From the NCBI GenBank assembly GCA_023435985.1, contig JAEZKY010000331.1, forward strand, positions 19,370 through 83,369: a stretch of 64,000 bases of DNA. Reading direction: 5' to 3'. This DNA comes from Bacillota bacterium. Lineage in GTDB: Bacteria > Bacillota > Clostridia > Clostridiales > Clostridiaceae. Within the stretch, counting starts at the first letter, position 1. Every line of letters begins with the position of its first letter. Of the stretch, positions 11,536 through 20,990 are shown piece by piece. The position numbers were made by a program, and so were the translations under genes. The notes beneath the pieces were generated by a model. The model saw only the letters and a list, made by a program, of their open reading frames with translations, was not told where the DNA came from and searched no databases.

Positions 11536-11765
11536 TAAGGCATAATTAAATAAATAACAAGTCCATTTGTCGGCCTATTTTCCATTAGAGCAAGCTCGAC
11601 TCGCTACGCTTGCTGAGTAAGCGATTCACACCAAATCATAGATTTGGGTTCTCTGCTCATCGGCAAATTGACCTAATAGGCTCACTATGAGGTAAATTTA
11701 CCTTCTTGTCTGATGAAAAATATTTAAGGCAACCTTGGACCTGTTATTTATTTTTATGTGCCTAA
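11536..11765. repeat. 230-bp non-coding element with 30-bp imperfect terminal inverted repeats (MITE-like)
   Basis: TAAGGCATAATTAAATAAATAACAAGTCCA vs reverse complement of right end TTAGGCACATAAAAATAAATAACAGGTCCA (24/30); GC-richer, hairpin-rich interior. Confidence 0.75.
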
Positions 11766-11888
11766 CTGTGTTAAATGTAAATATAAGAGTGTAAATTTAG
11801 AAACCACAGTGTAGTCTATAAAAATATAATTTTCTAAGGTATTGAAAATAAAGTTCTATGCTGTAATGTATATATTTACACCCTTTTT

Positions 11889-11904
11889 TGGCATGGCAAT
11901 TGCT
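11889..11904 (+). promoter_or_regulatory. sigma54 (-24/-12) promoter of PTS operon
   Basis: TGGCATGGCAATTGCT ~50 bp before EIIA start, next to a sigma54 activator gene. Confidence 0.85.
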
Positions 11905-11956
11905 ATTAAAAAAGGTATAAAAATAATATATGTACTAATGGAAGGATGATGCAATA

Positions 11957-12379
11957 ATGATCTCAGTAATAATAGCCACTCATGGCATGTTTTCAGAAGA
12001 AATTCTTAAATCTGCGGAAATGATTTTTGGAACTCAGGAAAATGTGGGCGCTGTTACATTTAAACCAGGTGAGGGAGTAGAAGCCTTAGTAGAAAAGTAT
12101 AATATGCTCATAAAGAAAATGGATTCTAAAGACGGTGTTTTATTTATGGTTGATCTTTTTGGAGGTAGTCCATTTAATGCAGCTAGTTTGATCGCGGTAA
12201 AGAATGAGAATATGGAAATAGTTACGGGTGTGAATCTTCCAATGATTTTAGAAGTATTAGGAAGTAGAGAATTTTTATCTATGTCAGAACTGCTAAAGGT
12301 AGCAACGGATTCAGGAAAAGACGCTATAAAAACTTTATCTAAAAATTTTCAAGAGAATATGAATGATGAATTGATATAA
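11957..12379 (+). CDS. PTS mannose/fructose/sorbose family EIIA
   Basis: IIATHG, VDLFGGSPFNAA, TGVNLPM. Confidence 0.93.
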   Translation: MISVIIATHGMFSEEILKSAEMIFGTQENVGAVTFKPGEGVEALVEKYNMLIKKMDSKDGVLFMVDLFGGSPFNAASLIAVKNENMEIVTGVNLPMILEVLGSREFLSMSELLKVATDSGKDAIKTLSKNFQENMNDELI

Positions 12380-12459
12380 ATGCTTAGTGCAAAAAATTAC
12401 ATGTAAATATATATGTAACTCAATATAAAAGAAAAAAGAGATAAGAAGGAGATATAGTT

Positions 12460-12951
12460 ATGGAAATTAGTTTTGTAAGAATAGACGATAGGTTAATTCA
12501 TGGGCAGGTTGCAACAGTTTGGACAAAGGAGAGCGGCTGCAACAGAATAATGGCTGTAAGTGATGAGGTTGCAGCTGATAGCTTGAGAAAGCAATTAGTA
12601 ATTCAAGTAGCACCTCCTGGAATAAAAGCATATGTAATTCCAGTAGCAAAAGCAATAGAAGCATATAAAGATCCTAAATTTAATAGCTTTAAAACTTTAT
12701 TTTTATTCACAAATCCAACAGATGTACTTAGGATGGTTGACGGTGGAGTTGACATTAAATCTGTAAACGTTGGCGGTATGTGTTATAAGGACGGTACAAA
12801 GCAAATCACAAATGCACTATGTATGAGTAATGAGGATATTCAAGCCTTCAAAAAGCTTCATGAAAAAGGTATTGAATTAGAAGTGAGAAAATTAGCCAAA
12901 GACACTAAAATTAACTTAATGGATAGACTTAAGGAATTAAAACTCATATAG
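12460..12951 (+). CDS. PTS mannose family EIIB
   Basis: RIDDRLIHGQV, VNVGGM. Confidence 0.95.
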   Translation: MEISFVRIDDRLIHGQVATVWTKESGCNRIMAVSDEVAADSLRKQLVIQVAPPGIKAYVIPVAKAIEAYKDPKFNSFKTLFLFTNPTDVLRMVDGGVDIKSVNVGGMCYKDGTKQITNALCMSNEDIQAFKKLHEKGIELEVRKLAKDTKINLMDRLKELKLI

Positions 12952-13010
12952 ATATATAAATAATAGTTTATATATATTTTTAAAGTTTTAAGAAAGAGGG
13001 GAATTTATAA

Positions 13011-13805
13011 ATGAGCACTTTACAATTAATTTTATTAGTAATCGTTGCAGCAGTTGCTGGTATGGCTAGTGTATTGGACGAAGCACAATTCCATAGACCA
13101 CTAATTGCATGTACATTAGTTGGACTTGTATTAGGAGATATTAAAACAGGAATTATATTAGGTGGAACACTAGAAATGTTAGCACTTGGTTGGATGAATG
13201 TTGGTGCAGCAATGGCACCAGATGCAGCTCTTGCAAGTGTAATATCAGCAATTCTTGTAATCGTTGGAAAGCAATCGATTGGAGCAGGTATTGCAGTTGC
13301 AGTACCAATAGCAGCAGCAGGACAAGTATTAACTATATTTGTAAGAACAATAACAGTATTTTTCCAACATTTAGCTGATAAATATGCTGAAGCTGGTAAT
13401 ACAAGAGGAATAGAAATGTGTCATATTCTAGGTTTATCACTTCAAGCAATACGTGTAGCTGTTCCAGCTGCTATTGTAGGAGTTCTTGCAGGTACAGATG
13501 CTGTAAATGCAGCACTTGCAGCTATACCAACAGTAATTACAAGAGGACTCCAAGTATCTGGTGGATTTATTGTAGTTGTTGGGTATGCAATGGTTATTAA
13601 TATGATGAAGAGTAAATCACTAATGCCATTTTTCTTTATCGGATTCTTAATAGCAGCATTCACTAACTTTAACTTAATTGGTTTTGGTGCTGTAGGTGTA
13701 ATTGCAGCAATATTTCATATTAAATCAATAGCTAATGAAGGAAAAGTAGTAGTAGCAACAGCTGGTAATAGTATAGATGATGTTGATGATTCAGATTTAA
13801 TGTAA
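13011..13805 (+). CDS. manY: PTS mannose family EIIC
   Basis: HRPLIACTLVG, GGTLEM..LGWMNVGAA..PD. Confidence 0.92.
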   Translation: MSTLQLILLVIVAAVAGMASVLDEAQFHRPLIACTLVGLVLGDIKTGIILGGTLEMLALGWMNVGAAMAPDAALASVISAILVIVGKQSIGAGIAVAVPIAAAGQVLTIFVRTITVFFQHLADKYAEAGNTRGIEMCHILGLSLQAIRVAVPAAIVGVLAGTDAVNAALAAIPTVITRGLQVSGGFIVVVGYAMVINMMKSKSLMPFFFIGFLIAAFTNFNLIGFGAVGVIAAIFHIKSIANEGKVVVATAGNSIDDVDDSDLM

Positions 13806-13827
13806 AATACAGAAGGGGGATACAACA

Positions 13828-14649
13828 ATGAGTCAGAAAAAATTAGATAAAAGTGATTTAGTAAAAATGTTCATCCGTTCAAATTTCCTTTTAGGTTCAT
13901 TTAATTTTGAAAGAATGCAGTCTGTAGGATTTTGTGTATCATTAATACCTGCATTAAAGAAATTGTATAAGGGTGATGAATTAAAAGCAGCACTTAAAAG
14001 ACATCTGGAATTCTTTAATACACATCCATATGTGGCTAAACCAATTATGGGAATAACAGCAGCAATGGAGGAACAGAAGGCAAATGGAGCTGATATTGAT
14101 GAGGCATCAATAAGTGGTGTGAAAATAGGGCTTATGGGACCTCTTGCGGGAGTTGGAGATCCAATATTCTGGGGAACAGTAAGGCCGGTGCTTGCAGCTT
14201 TAGGTGCAGGATTTGCACTTACTGGAAGTATCATTGGACCATTAATTTTCTTCCTAGTATTTAATGCAATAAGACTTTCGATAAACTGGTATGGAATATT
14301 TTATGGTTATGAAAAGGGTACTCAGTTGGTTTCTGACATGTCAGGAAATAAATTAAGGTATCTTACTGAAGGCTCTTCAGTACTTGGATTATTAGTTATA
14401 GGTGGTCTTGTTTCAAAATGGACAACTGTCAATATACCATTTGTAATTTCTAAGTATACAGGGCAAGATGGTAAAGAAGTAGTTACAACAGTTCAAAGTG
14501 TATTAGACAGCTTAATGCCAGGATTAGTTCCACTTCTACTAACATTTTTGTGTATGTACCTATTAAAGAAAAAAGTTAATCCATTATTAATCATATTTGG
14601 ATTATTTGCAGTAGGTATTTTAGGAGTTGCGTCTGGAATATTACAATAA
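13828..14649 (+). CDS. manZ: PTS mannose family EIID
   Basis: SFNFERMQ, RHLEFFNTHP, LMGPLAGVGD. Confidence 0.93.
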   Translation: MSQKKLDKSDLVKMFIRSNFLLGSFNFERMQSVGFCVSLIPALKKLYKGDELKAALKRHLEFFNTHPYVAKPIMGITAAMEEQKANGADIDEASISGVKIGLMGPLAGVGDPIFWGTVRPVLAALGAGFALTGSIIGPLIFFLVFNAIRLSINWYGIFYGYEKGTQLVSDMSGNKLRYLTEGSSVLGLLVIGGLVSKWTTVNIPFVISKYTGQDGKEVVTTVQSVLDSLMPGLVPLLLTFLCMYLLKKKVNPLLIIFGLFAVGILGVASGILQ

Positions 14650-14747
14650 TTTTTAGATTAATATTATTATTTGAAATATTATATTGCTAGAGCAGCAGCT
14701 TGATTTTTGTATAAAATATAATCAATAAAAATAAGTGAATTATAAGA

Positions 14748-14792
14748 AAGAACTTTGCATGAAAACCGAATTGTGCAAGGTTCTTGTTTTTT
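14748..14792 (+). terminator. Intrinsic terminator after PTS operon
   Basis: AAGAACTTTGCA...TGCAAGGTTCTT + T tract. Confidence 0.65.
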
Positions 14793-14955
14793 ATCATTTT
14801 GAAAATTATATTAAAGTTAAACCTGTAGATAACCTTTACTCAATTCTAGTTTAATAAAATTAAATATCATAAAAAAGTAAAATGCTTAAATATACTTAAT
14901 TATATTGAATAAATACTTAAATATGCTTATAATAATTTTAGAGGAGGAGATTTAT

Positions 14956-15573
14956 ATGGTTAAAGAAGAGGTATGTAGAAAATCAAATAATGATGTAATT
15001 CTTCCATATAGGGAAAGATTATATGTAAATACTACAGAAAAGAAAAAAATAGTAGAAAAAGCTATGAATTTTATTCACGATAATGGAAAATACTTTTTTG
15101 ATGTTTCTACTAGTGTTCAATTTCTTGCACAAGAGTTAAATAAAAATGTTATTGTATTTACTCATTCTCTAGATAATTTTAAGATACTTTCAGAAAAGTC
15201 AAATGTATTAGTAAATTTAATATCTGGAGAATTTAATACTAGGAATCGTTTTTTTTATAGAGAAGATTATGAAAAGTATTTAAATGAAGTAGAGTTTGAT
15301 TCAGCATTTTTAGGTGCTGGAGCTATAAGAAGTGATGGCGTTTATTATGAAAATGAAGAAGATGCTTTTGTTAAAAGAGAAGTTGTAAAAAGATCAAAGA
15401 AAGTAATTTTGCTTGCAGAACATCAAAAATATGAAAAGACTGCTAAATATAAAGGATTAGATTTGGAACAAGCAAATATCATTATTGTTGATCCTATCTC
15501 AATTTCTTTATTTATATATATTATAGCATCGCAAAATATTAAAATTAATCCTAATAGCCTGGTAATCATATAG
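14956..15573 (+). CDS. DeoR C-terminal sensor-domain protein lacking the HTH
   Basis: GGAGGAG RBS before ATG 14956; FFDVSTSV, THSLDN, NRFFY shared with downstream DeoR; no HTH. Confidence 0.75.
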   Translation: MVKEEVCRKSNNDVILPYRERLYVNTTEKKKIVEKAMNFIHDNGKYFFDVSTSVQFLAQELNKNVIVFTHSLDNFKILSEKSNVLVNLISGEFNTRNRFFYREDYEKYLNEVEFDSAFLGAGAIRSDGVYYENEEDAFVKREVVKRSKKVILLAEHQKYEKTAKYKGLDLEQANIIIVDPISISLFIYIIASQNIKINPNSLVII

Positions 15574-15596
15574 ATTTAAGAAGTAGGTGATCAAAA

Positions 15597-16352
15597 ATGT
15601 ATCAAGAAGAAAGACTTTTGAAAATATTAGAGCATTTAAATGAACATAACTATATGTCTATTCATGATATTTGTAAAATGTTTAATGTATCTAGGGATAC
15701 TGCACGACGTGATATAGTGAAACTCATAAGTGAAGGAACAGCGGTTAGAACTCATGGAGGAATCAGCTTGCCGGTTTTACAAGATACTATTAAAGCATAT
15801 AGGGAGAGAATAGAAGCTTATTCAGAAGAAAAGAAAAATATTGCTCAAAAAGCAATGGAATTTATTAAGGAAGAGAAGCATTATTTTTTTGATGTTTCTA
15901 CAACTGTAAGCTTTTTAGCTCAAAAAATAGATAAACCTATTTGGGTATTAACACATTCATTAGATAACATTGAAATACTTTCTGAGAAAAAGGATGTGGA
16001 TGTGCAATCTATTGGTGGAAGCCTAAATAAAAAAAATAGATTCTTTTATAAATTAGACTGCACAAATTATTTTGAGGATATAAGAGTTGACATTGCGATT
16101 TTAGGTGCAGCTTCAATAACAGAAGATGGAATATATTATGTAGACCAAGAAGATGCCTCAATTAAACAAGCAGCTATTAAAAAATCTGATTTAGTTATTG
16201 TTCTTGCTGAATATGAAAAATTTAAAACTTTAAGTTACTACAAGGGAGTAAATTGGAATCAAATTGATGTAATTATTACTAATAAAATACCACCTTCTGT
16301 ATTTATAGATATTATAGAGTCAAATGATATTAATCTTATAGTTACAAATTAA
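15597..16352 (+). CDS. DeoR/GlpR family regulator (GlcR-like)
   Basis: MYQEERL..FNVSRDTARRD..RTHGG. Confidence 0.92.
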   Translation: MYQEERLLKILEHLNEHNYMSIHDICKMFNVSRDTARRDIVKLISEGTAVRTHGGISLPVLQDTIKAYRERIEAYSEEKKNIAQKAMEFIKEEKHYFFDVSTTVSFLAQKIDKPIWVLTHSLDNIEILSEKKDVDVQSIGGSLNKKNRFFYKLDCTNYFEDIRVDIAILGAASITEDGIYYVDQEDASIKQAAIKKSDLVIVLAEYEKFKTLSYYKGVNWNQIDVIITNKIPPSVFIDIIESNDINLIVTN

Positions 16353-16394
16353 AAATAGAAAATTTAAACAAGATTATATGGAGGAGTTGAATTT

Positions 16395-17213
16395 ATGAAT
16401 AACTTTAAAATGGTGTGCCTAGATATTGATGGAACTTTGTTAAACTCTAACTATCAAATTAGTGAAAATGTCAAAGATGCAATTAGTGCGGTGGTAAACA
16501 AAATGAACATACCTGTAATATTAGTTTCAGCTAGAATGCCAAAAGGTATAACATTTTTGCAAAAGGAGCTTGAAATAAAACAACCAATTATTTGTTATAG
16601 TGGAGCTTTAATTTTAGATAAGGACAAGACGGTGTTAGATAAGAAATTCATAAATGTATGGGATCTTGAAAAAGTATATAGATTAGCTAAAAATTATAAT
16701 ATACACATGAGTCTATATAAAGATGATGAATGGTATATAGAAGAAATGGATAATTGGGCAAAACAAGAAAGTGATATAACAAATATTATACCTAAAATAT
16801 CTGATTTTAAAGAGTTAATAGATCTATGGAGAAAAGAAAAGACAGGACCAAATAAAATTTTATGTATGTCTAATCCAGATGAAATAATTAAACTAAAAGA
16901 AAACATTAAAGCAGATGATTTAAATTTATACCTATCAAAGCCAACATATTTAGAAATTATGCAAGGCACGGTATCGAAAACAACTGCTATAAATTATTTG
17001 CAAAAAGTGTTTAATGTAGCTAAAGAAGAGATAATAACTATGGGAGATAATTATAATGATATAGATATGTTAAAGTACTCAGGACTTGGAATAGCAATGG
17101 GAAATGCTCCAGAAGACGTGAAAAGATATGCAGACTGTGTGACTTCAACAAATGACGAGGATGGTGTTGCAGAGGCATTAAAGAAATATGTTTTGATATC
17201 TGATACCCTTTAG
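16395..17213 (+). CDS. Cof-type HAD-IIB hydrolase
   Basis: DIDGTLL, GDNYNDIDML, MGNA, NDEDGVA. Confidence 0.93.
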   Translation: MNNFKMVCLDIDGTLLNSNYQISENVKDAISAVVNKMNIPVILVSARMPKGITFLQKELEIKQPIICYSGALILDKDKTVLDKKFINVWDLEKVYRLAKNYNIHMSLYKDDEWYIEEMDNWAKQESDITNIIPKISDFKELIDLWRKEKTGPNKILCMSNPDEIIKLKENIKADDLNLYLSKPTYLEIMQGTVSKTTAINYLQKVFNVAKEEIITMGDNYNDIDMLKYSGLGIAMGNAPEDVKRYADCVTSTNDEDGVAEALKKYVLISDTL

Positions 17214-17239
17214 ATTTGAGGTTTTCCAGAATAGTGTCA

Positions 17240-17307
17240 TTGACAATTATTAAGTATGCCATTAAAATTAATTTATAAAAATGAAACGCTGTTTCATAAT
17301 ACGGAAC
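17240..17307 (+). promoter_or_regulatory. sigmaA promoter and operator upstream of kduD
   Basis: TTGACA-17-TAAAAT (17240-17268) then ATGAAACGCTGTTTCATAATACGGAAC (17281-17307). Confidence 0.75.
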
Positions 17308-17365
17308 AATAACTATATCTAGTAGTTAAGAAGAAATATTAAATTAATATGGAGGCGAAGCAAAA

Positions 17366-18148
17366 ATGGCAAACTTTTTAAATGAATTTTCAATGGATTT
17401 TTTTAGATTAGATGGGAAAGTAGCAATAGTTACAGGTGGAAATACAGGACTTGGACAGGCGTATGCAGCAGCTCTAGCTAAGGCAGGTGCAGATTTAGTA
17501 ATTACAACTCATGGAACAAATTGGAGCGAAACAAAAGAATTGATAGAGAACATGGGTAGAAAGGTTGTATTTGTACAAGCTGATTTGACTAAAAAAGAGG
17601 ATAGGCAAAATATAATAGAAGTTAGTATGAAAGAGTTTGGAAAAATAGATATACTAGTAAATAATGCAGGAACTATAAAGAGAGCTCCACTCCTTGAATA
17701 TAATGAAGAGGACTGGAATGCAGTAATGGATATTAATCTAAATGCAGTATATTTCTTAAGCCAGGAGGCAGCAAAGATAATGGCTAAACAAGGTTCAGGA
17801 AAAATAATTAATATTGCGTCAATGTTAACCTTCCAAGGCGGTAAATTTGTACCACCATATACAGCAAGTAAACATGGAGTAGCTGGTATAACGAAGGCAT
17901 TTGCTAATGAGCTGGCTTGCAAAAACATTCAAATAAATGCTATAGCACCAGGATATATAAAGACAGCAAACACAGCGCCAATACGAGAAGATGAAAAGAG
18001 AAATAAGGAAATACTTGATAGAATTCCAGCAGAAAAATGGGCTGAGCCATTTGACTTAATGGGGGCAGTGGTATTTTTAGCGAGCAGGGCTTCAGACTAT
18101 GTTAATGGACATATTCTAGCAGTTGATGGTGGATGGTTAGTAAGGTAA
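17366..18148 (+). CDS. kduD: 2-dehydro-3-deoxy-D-gluconate 5-dehydrogenase
   Basis: SDR TGGNTGLG, NNAG, SMLTFQGG..PYTASKHG. Confidence 0.88.
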   Translation: MANFLNEFSMDFFRLDGKVAIVTGGNTGLGQAYAAALAKAGADLVITTHGTNWSETKELIENMGRKVVFVQADLTKKEDRQNIIEVSMKEFGKIDILVNNAGTIKRAPLLEYNEEDWNAVMDINLNAVYFLSQEAAKIMAKQGSGKIINIASMLTFQGGKFVPPYTASKHGVAGITKAFANELACKNIQINAIAPGYIKTANTAPIREDEKRNKEILDRIPAEKWAEPFDLMGAVVFLASRASDYVNGHILAVDGGWLVR

Positions 18149-18161
18149 CAAAGAAAAATTA

Positions 18162-18202
18162 AAAATAACCATAAGTCCGACTAATGGACTTATGGTTATT
18201 TT
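18162..18202. terminator. Bidirectional terminator
   Basis: AAAATAACCATAAGTCC/GGACTTATGGTTATTTT between convergent genes. Confidence 0.8.
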
Positions 18203-18227
18203 AGGTTACCCTAAAAAGTTAATGAAC

Positions 18228-19025
18228 TCAAGATGGTATGTACCCCATCAATTTACTAATATTTTTAGCAATTTGCATAAATTCATCTTTATATTTCAAT
18301 AAATCATCCAAGGTATTAAAGAGAGTTACTGAAGAAAGGCTTGTAGCTGCAATTATTTTATTAGTTCTATCAAAGATAGGTACAGCTATACAGATAACTC
18401 CAGTATCATATTCAATATTGTCAAGAGAATACTGATTTTTTCGTATTTCATGAATTTCATTAAAAAACGTATCTAAGTCAGTTATTGTATTTTCAGCATA
18501 TTTAACAAGCTCTGTATCTTTTAATAGCTCTCTTATTTTATCATCAGAGAATTGAGATAATAATAATTTACCGGAAGCTGTACAATAAGTTGGAGCTTTT
18601 TTCCCTATGCTCGAAGACATTACTATATTTCTACTTGTATTTTCAGAGGATACCTTATCTACGTAAATTATATTAGAGTATGATTCATCTGGAATACAAA
18701 GATGTATAACTTCATCAACTTTATTTGCAAATTCATTTAAATATGGTTTAGCAATATTTATCAAATCCATGCTGTTAATTATTGAAGAGGAGAGATTAAG
18801 TAATTTCACTCCAAGCTGATATTTGTCATTTTCTTTATTTTGAGTAACATATTCTTTATATTTCAAAGTTGATATTATTCTATGTATAGTGCTTTTGCTT
18901 AAACCTAAGTTTTTTGATAATTCCCCAATTCCAATACCTTTTGGATATTCTGATAAACAATCAAGTATGTCTATAGCACGCTCTACTGATTGAACCAAAT
19001 TAGAATTGTTTAAATCTTGAGACAT
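18228..19025 (-). CDS. IclR family regulator (KdgR-like)
   Basis: VQSVERAIDIL, LSKSTIHR, CTASGK, CIAVPIF; sits within kdu/kdg genes. Confidence 0.88.
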   Translation of the reverse strand: MSQDLNNSNLVQSVERAIDILDCLSEYPKGIGIGELSKNLGLSKSTIHRIISTLKYKEYVTQNKENDKYQLGVKLLNLSSSIINSMDLINIAKPYLNEFANKVDEVIHLCIPDESYSNIIYVDKVSSENTSRNIVMSSSIGKKAPTYCTASGKLLLSQFSDDKIRELLKDTELVKYAENTITDLDTFFNEIHEIRKNQYSLDNIEYDTGVICIAVPIFDRTNKIIAATSLSSVTLFNTLDDLLKYKDEFMQIAKNISKLMGYIPS

Positions 19026-19124
19026 ATTAAATCCTCCTACATAATTTCGTCTTTATAGTATATTGTAATCGCTAATATATATTTTAACAAATAAAAAATT
19101 TTAGGTATTTTTAGGCGTGCATCA

Positions 19125-19192
19125 TTGACAAGTGGAAATAGGAATATTAAAATAATATTAGGAAAGTGAAACGTCATTCCATGATGCGGAAC
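19125..19192 (+). promoter_or_regulatory. sigmaA promoter and operator upstream of second SDR operon
   Basis: TTGACA-17-TAAAAT (19125-19153) then GTGAAACGTCATTCCATGATGCGGAAC (19166-19192). Confidence 0.75.
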
Positions 19193-19372
19193 GATTGGAT
19201 TCGAATTATATTAATATATAACTTCACTTTGATAAAATAATAATTACATGTTTTATATATTAAGTATGGTATAGTTAAGATTTAATTTGACCTTATCAAG
19301 TCAAAAATAAATCCTATCTCTTATGCTTGATATGGTTAAAGTTTAAAATAATAATTTGAGGAGGAACATATT

Positions 19373-20176
19373 ATGGATATAATCAAAAATTTTTCATTAG
19401 AAGGTAAAATAGCATTAGTAACAGGTGCATCATATGGGATTGGATTTGCTATAGCAAAATCTTATGGAGAAGCAGGAGCTACAATAGTATTTAACGATAT
19501 CAATCAAGAATTAGTTGATAAAGGGTTAAAGGCATATGAAGAAGCAGGGTTAAAAGCATATGGTTATGTATGTGATGTTACAGATGAGGAAGCAGTACAA
19601 GCATTAGTTGCAAAGATAGAAAAGGAAGTTGGAGTTATTGATATTCTTGTAAATAATGCAGGTATAATCAAACGTATTCCAATGCTTGAAATGAAGGCAG
19701 AAGATTTCAGAAAAGTTATTGACGTAGATTTAAATGCTCCATTTATAGTTTCTAAGGCAGTAATTCCTGGAATGATTAAAAAAGGACATGGAAAAATAAT
19801 CAACATCTGTTCTATGATGAGTGAACTTGGAAGAGAAACAGTTTCAGCTTATGCAGCAGCTAAGGGTGGACTTAAGATGTTAACAAGAAACATTGCATCT
19901 GAATATGGTGAATATAACATCCAATGTAACGGAATTGGACCTGGTTATATAGAGACACCACAAACTGCTCCATTAAGAGAACTTCAACCAGATGGTTCAA
20001 GACATCCATTTGATCAATTTATAATTGCAAAAACTCCAGCAGCACGTTGGGGAACAGCAGAAGATTTAACAGGACCAGCTATATTCTTAGCATCAAATGC
20101 ATCAGACTTTGTAAATGGTCATGTATTATATGTAGACGGTGGAATTCTAGCTTACATTGGAAAACAACCACAATAA
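19373..20176 (+). CDS. Gluconate 5-dehydrogenase-like SDR (DhuD-type)
   Basis: TGASYGIG, CSMMSELGRETVSAYAAAKGG, GGILAYIGKQP. Confidence 0.85.
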   Translation: MDIIKNFSLEGKIALVTGASYGIGFAIAKSYGEAGATIVFNDINQELVDKGLKAYEEAGLKAYGYVCDVTDEEAVQALVAKIEKEVGVIDILVNNAGIIKRIPMLEMKAEDFRKVIDVDLNAPFIVSKAVIPGMIKKGHGKIINICSMMSELGRETVSAYAAAKGGLKMLTRNIASEYGEYNIQCNGIGPGYIETPQTAPLRELQPDGSRHPFDQFIIAKTPAARWGTAEDLTGPAIFLASNASDFVNGHVLYVDGGILAYIGKQPQ

Positions 20177-20192
20177 TTGAGAGGTAATAAAA

Positions 20193-20828
20193 ATGAAGAT
20201 TGCTTTAATTAATGAAAACAGCCAAGCAGCGAAAAATGAGCTTATATATGAGACACTTAAAAAGGTAGTAGAGTCAAAAGGGCATGAAGTATTCAATTAT
20301 GGAATGTACAGTGCAGAAGATAGCGCACAATTAACATACGTTCAAAATGGTATCTTAGCAGCTATTCTTTTAAATTCAGGAGCAGCTGATTATGTAGTTA
20401 CTGGATGTGGGACAGGAGAAGGTGCAATGCTTGCATGTAACTCATTCCCTGGAGTATTATGTGGTCACATAGTAGATCCATCAGATGCTTATATGTTTGC
20501 ACAAATCAATGATGGGAATGCAATAGCATTACCGTTTGCAAAAGGATTTGGGTGGGGAGCAGAACTAAACTTAGAGTATATCTTTGAAAAGTTATTCCAA
20601 GGAGAAAGTGGTCAAGGATATCCAAAGGAAAGAGTTGTTCCAGAACAAAGAAATAAAAAGATATTAGATGAGGTTAAGAAAATAACACATAGAGATATGG
20701 TAACAATTTTAAAGGAAATAGATCAGGATTTACTAAAAGGTGCTGTAAGTGGAGAAAGATTCAAAGAGTATTTCTTTAATAATTGCAAATGCAAGGAAAT
20801 AGAAGAGTATATTAAAGGTATATTGTAA
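20193..20828 (+). CDS. RpiB/LacAB-family isomerase (DhuI-type ketol-isomerase)
   Basis: MKIALINENSQAAKN, TGCGTGEG, KGFGWGAELNL. Confidence 0.85.
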   Translation: MKIALINENSQAAKNELIYETLKKVVESKGHEVFNYGMYSAEDSAQLTYVQNGILAAILLNSGAADYVVTGCGTGEGAMLACNSFPGVLCGHIVDPSDAYMFAQINDGNAIALPFAKGFGWGAELNLEYIFEKLFQGESGQGYPKERVVPEQRNKKILDEVKKITHRDMVTILKEIDQDLLKGAVSGERFKEYFFNNCKCKEIEEYIKGIL

Positions 20829-20990
20829 TAGTATTATAATAAAAAGTTAATATATGAAAATATGAAAGGACTAGACTTAGTAAATTATCTCAATCTAGTT
20901 CTTTCATATTAGGAAAAAGTGCAGATACATGTTAAAATTAGACTTGTATTTTATACAGAAGAAGAGTAAATTTTATTAGGAGGTATATTA

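Noticed and set aside
19286..19340. Hairpin TTTGACCTTATCAAG/CTTGATATGGTTAAA in the SDR leader
   Set aside because: No U-tract or known aptamer; single occurrence
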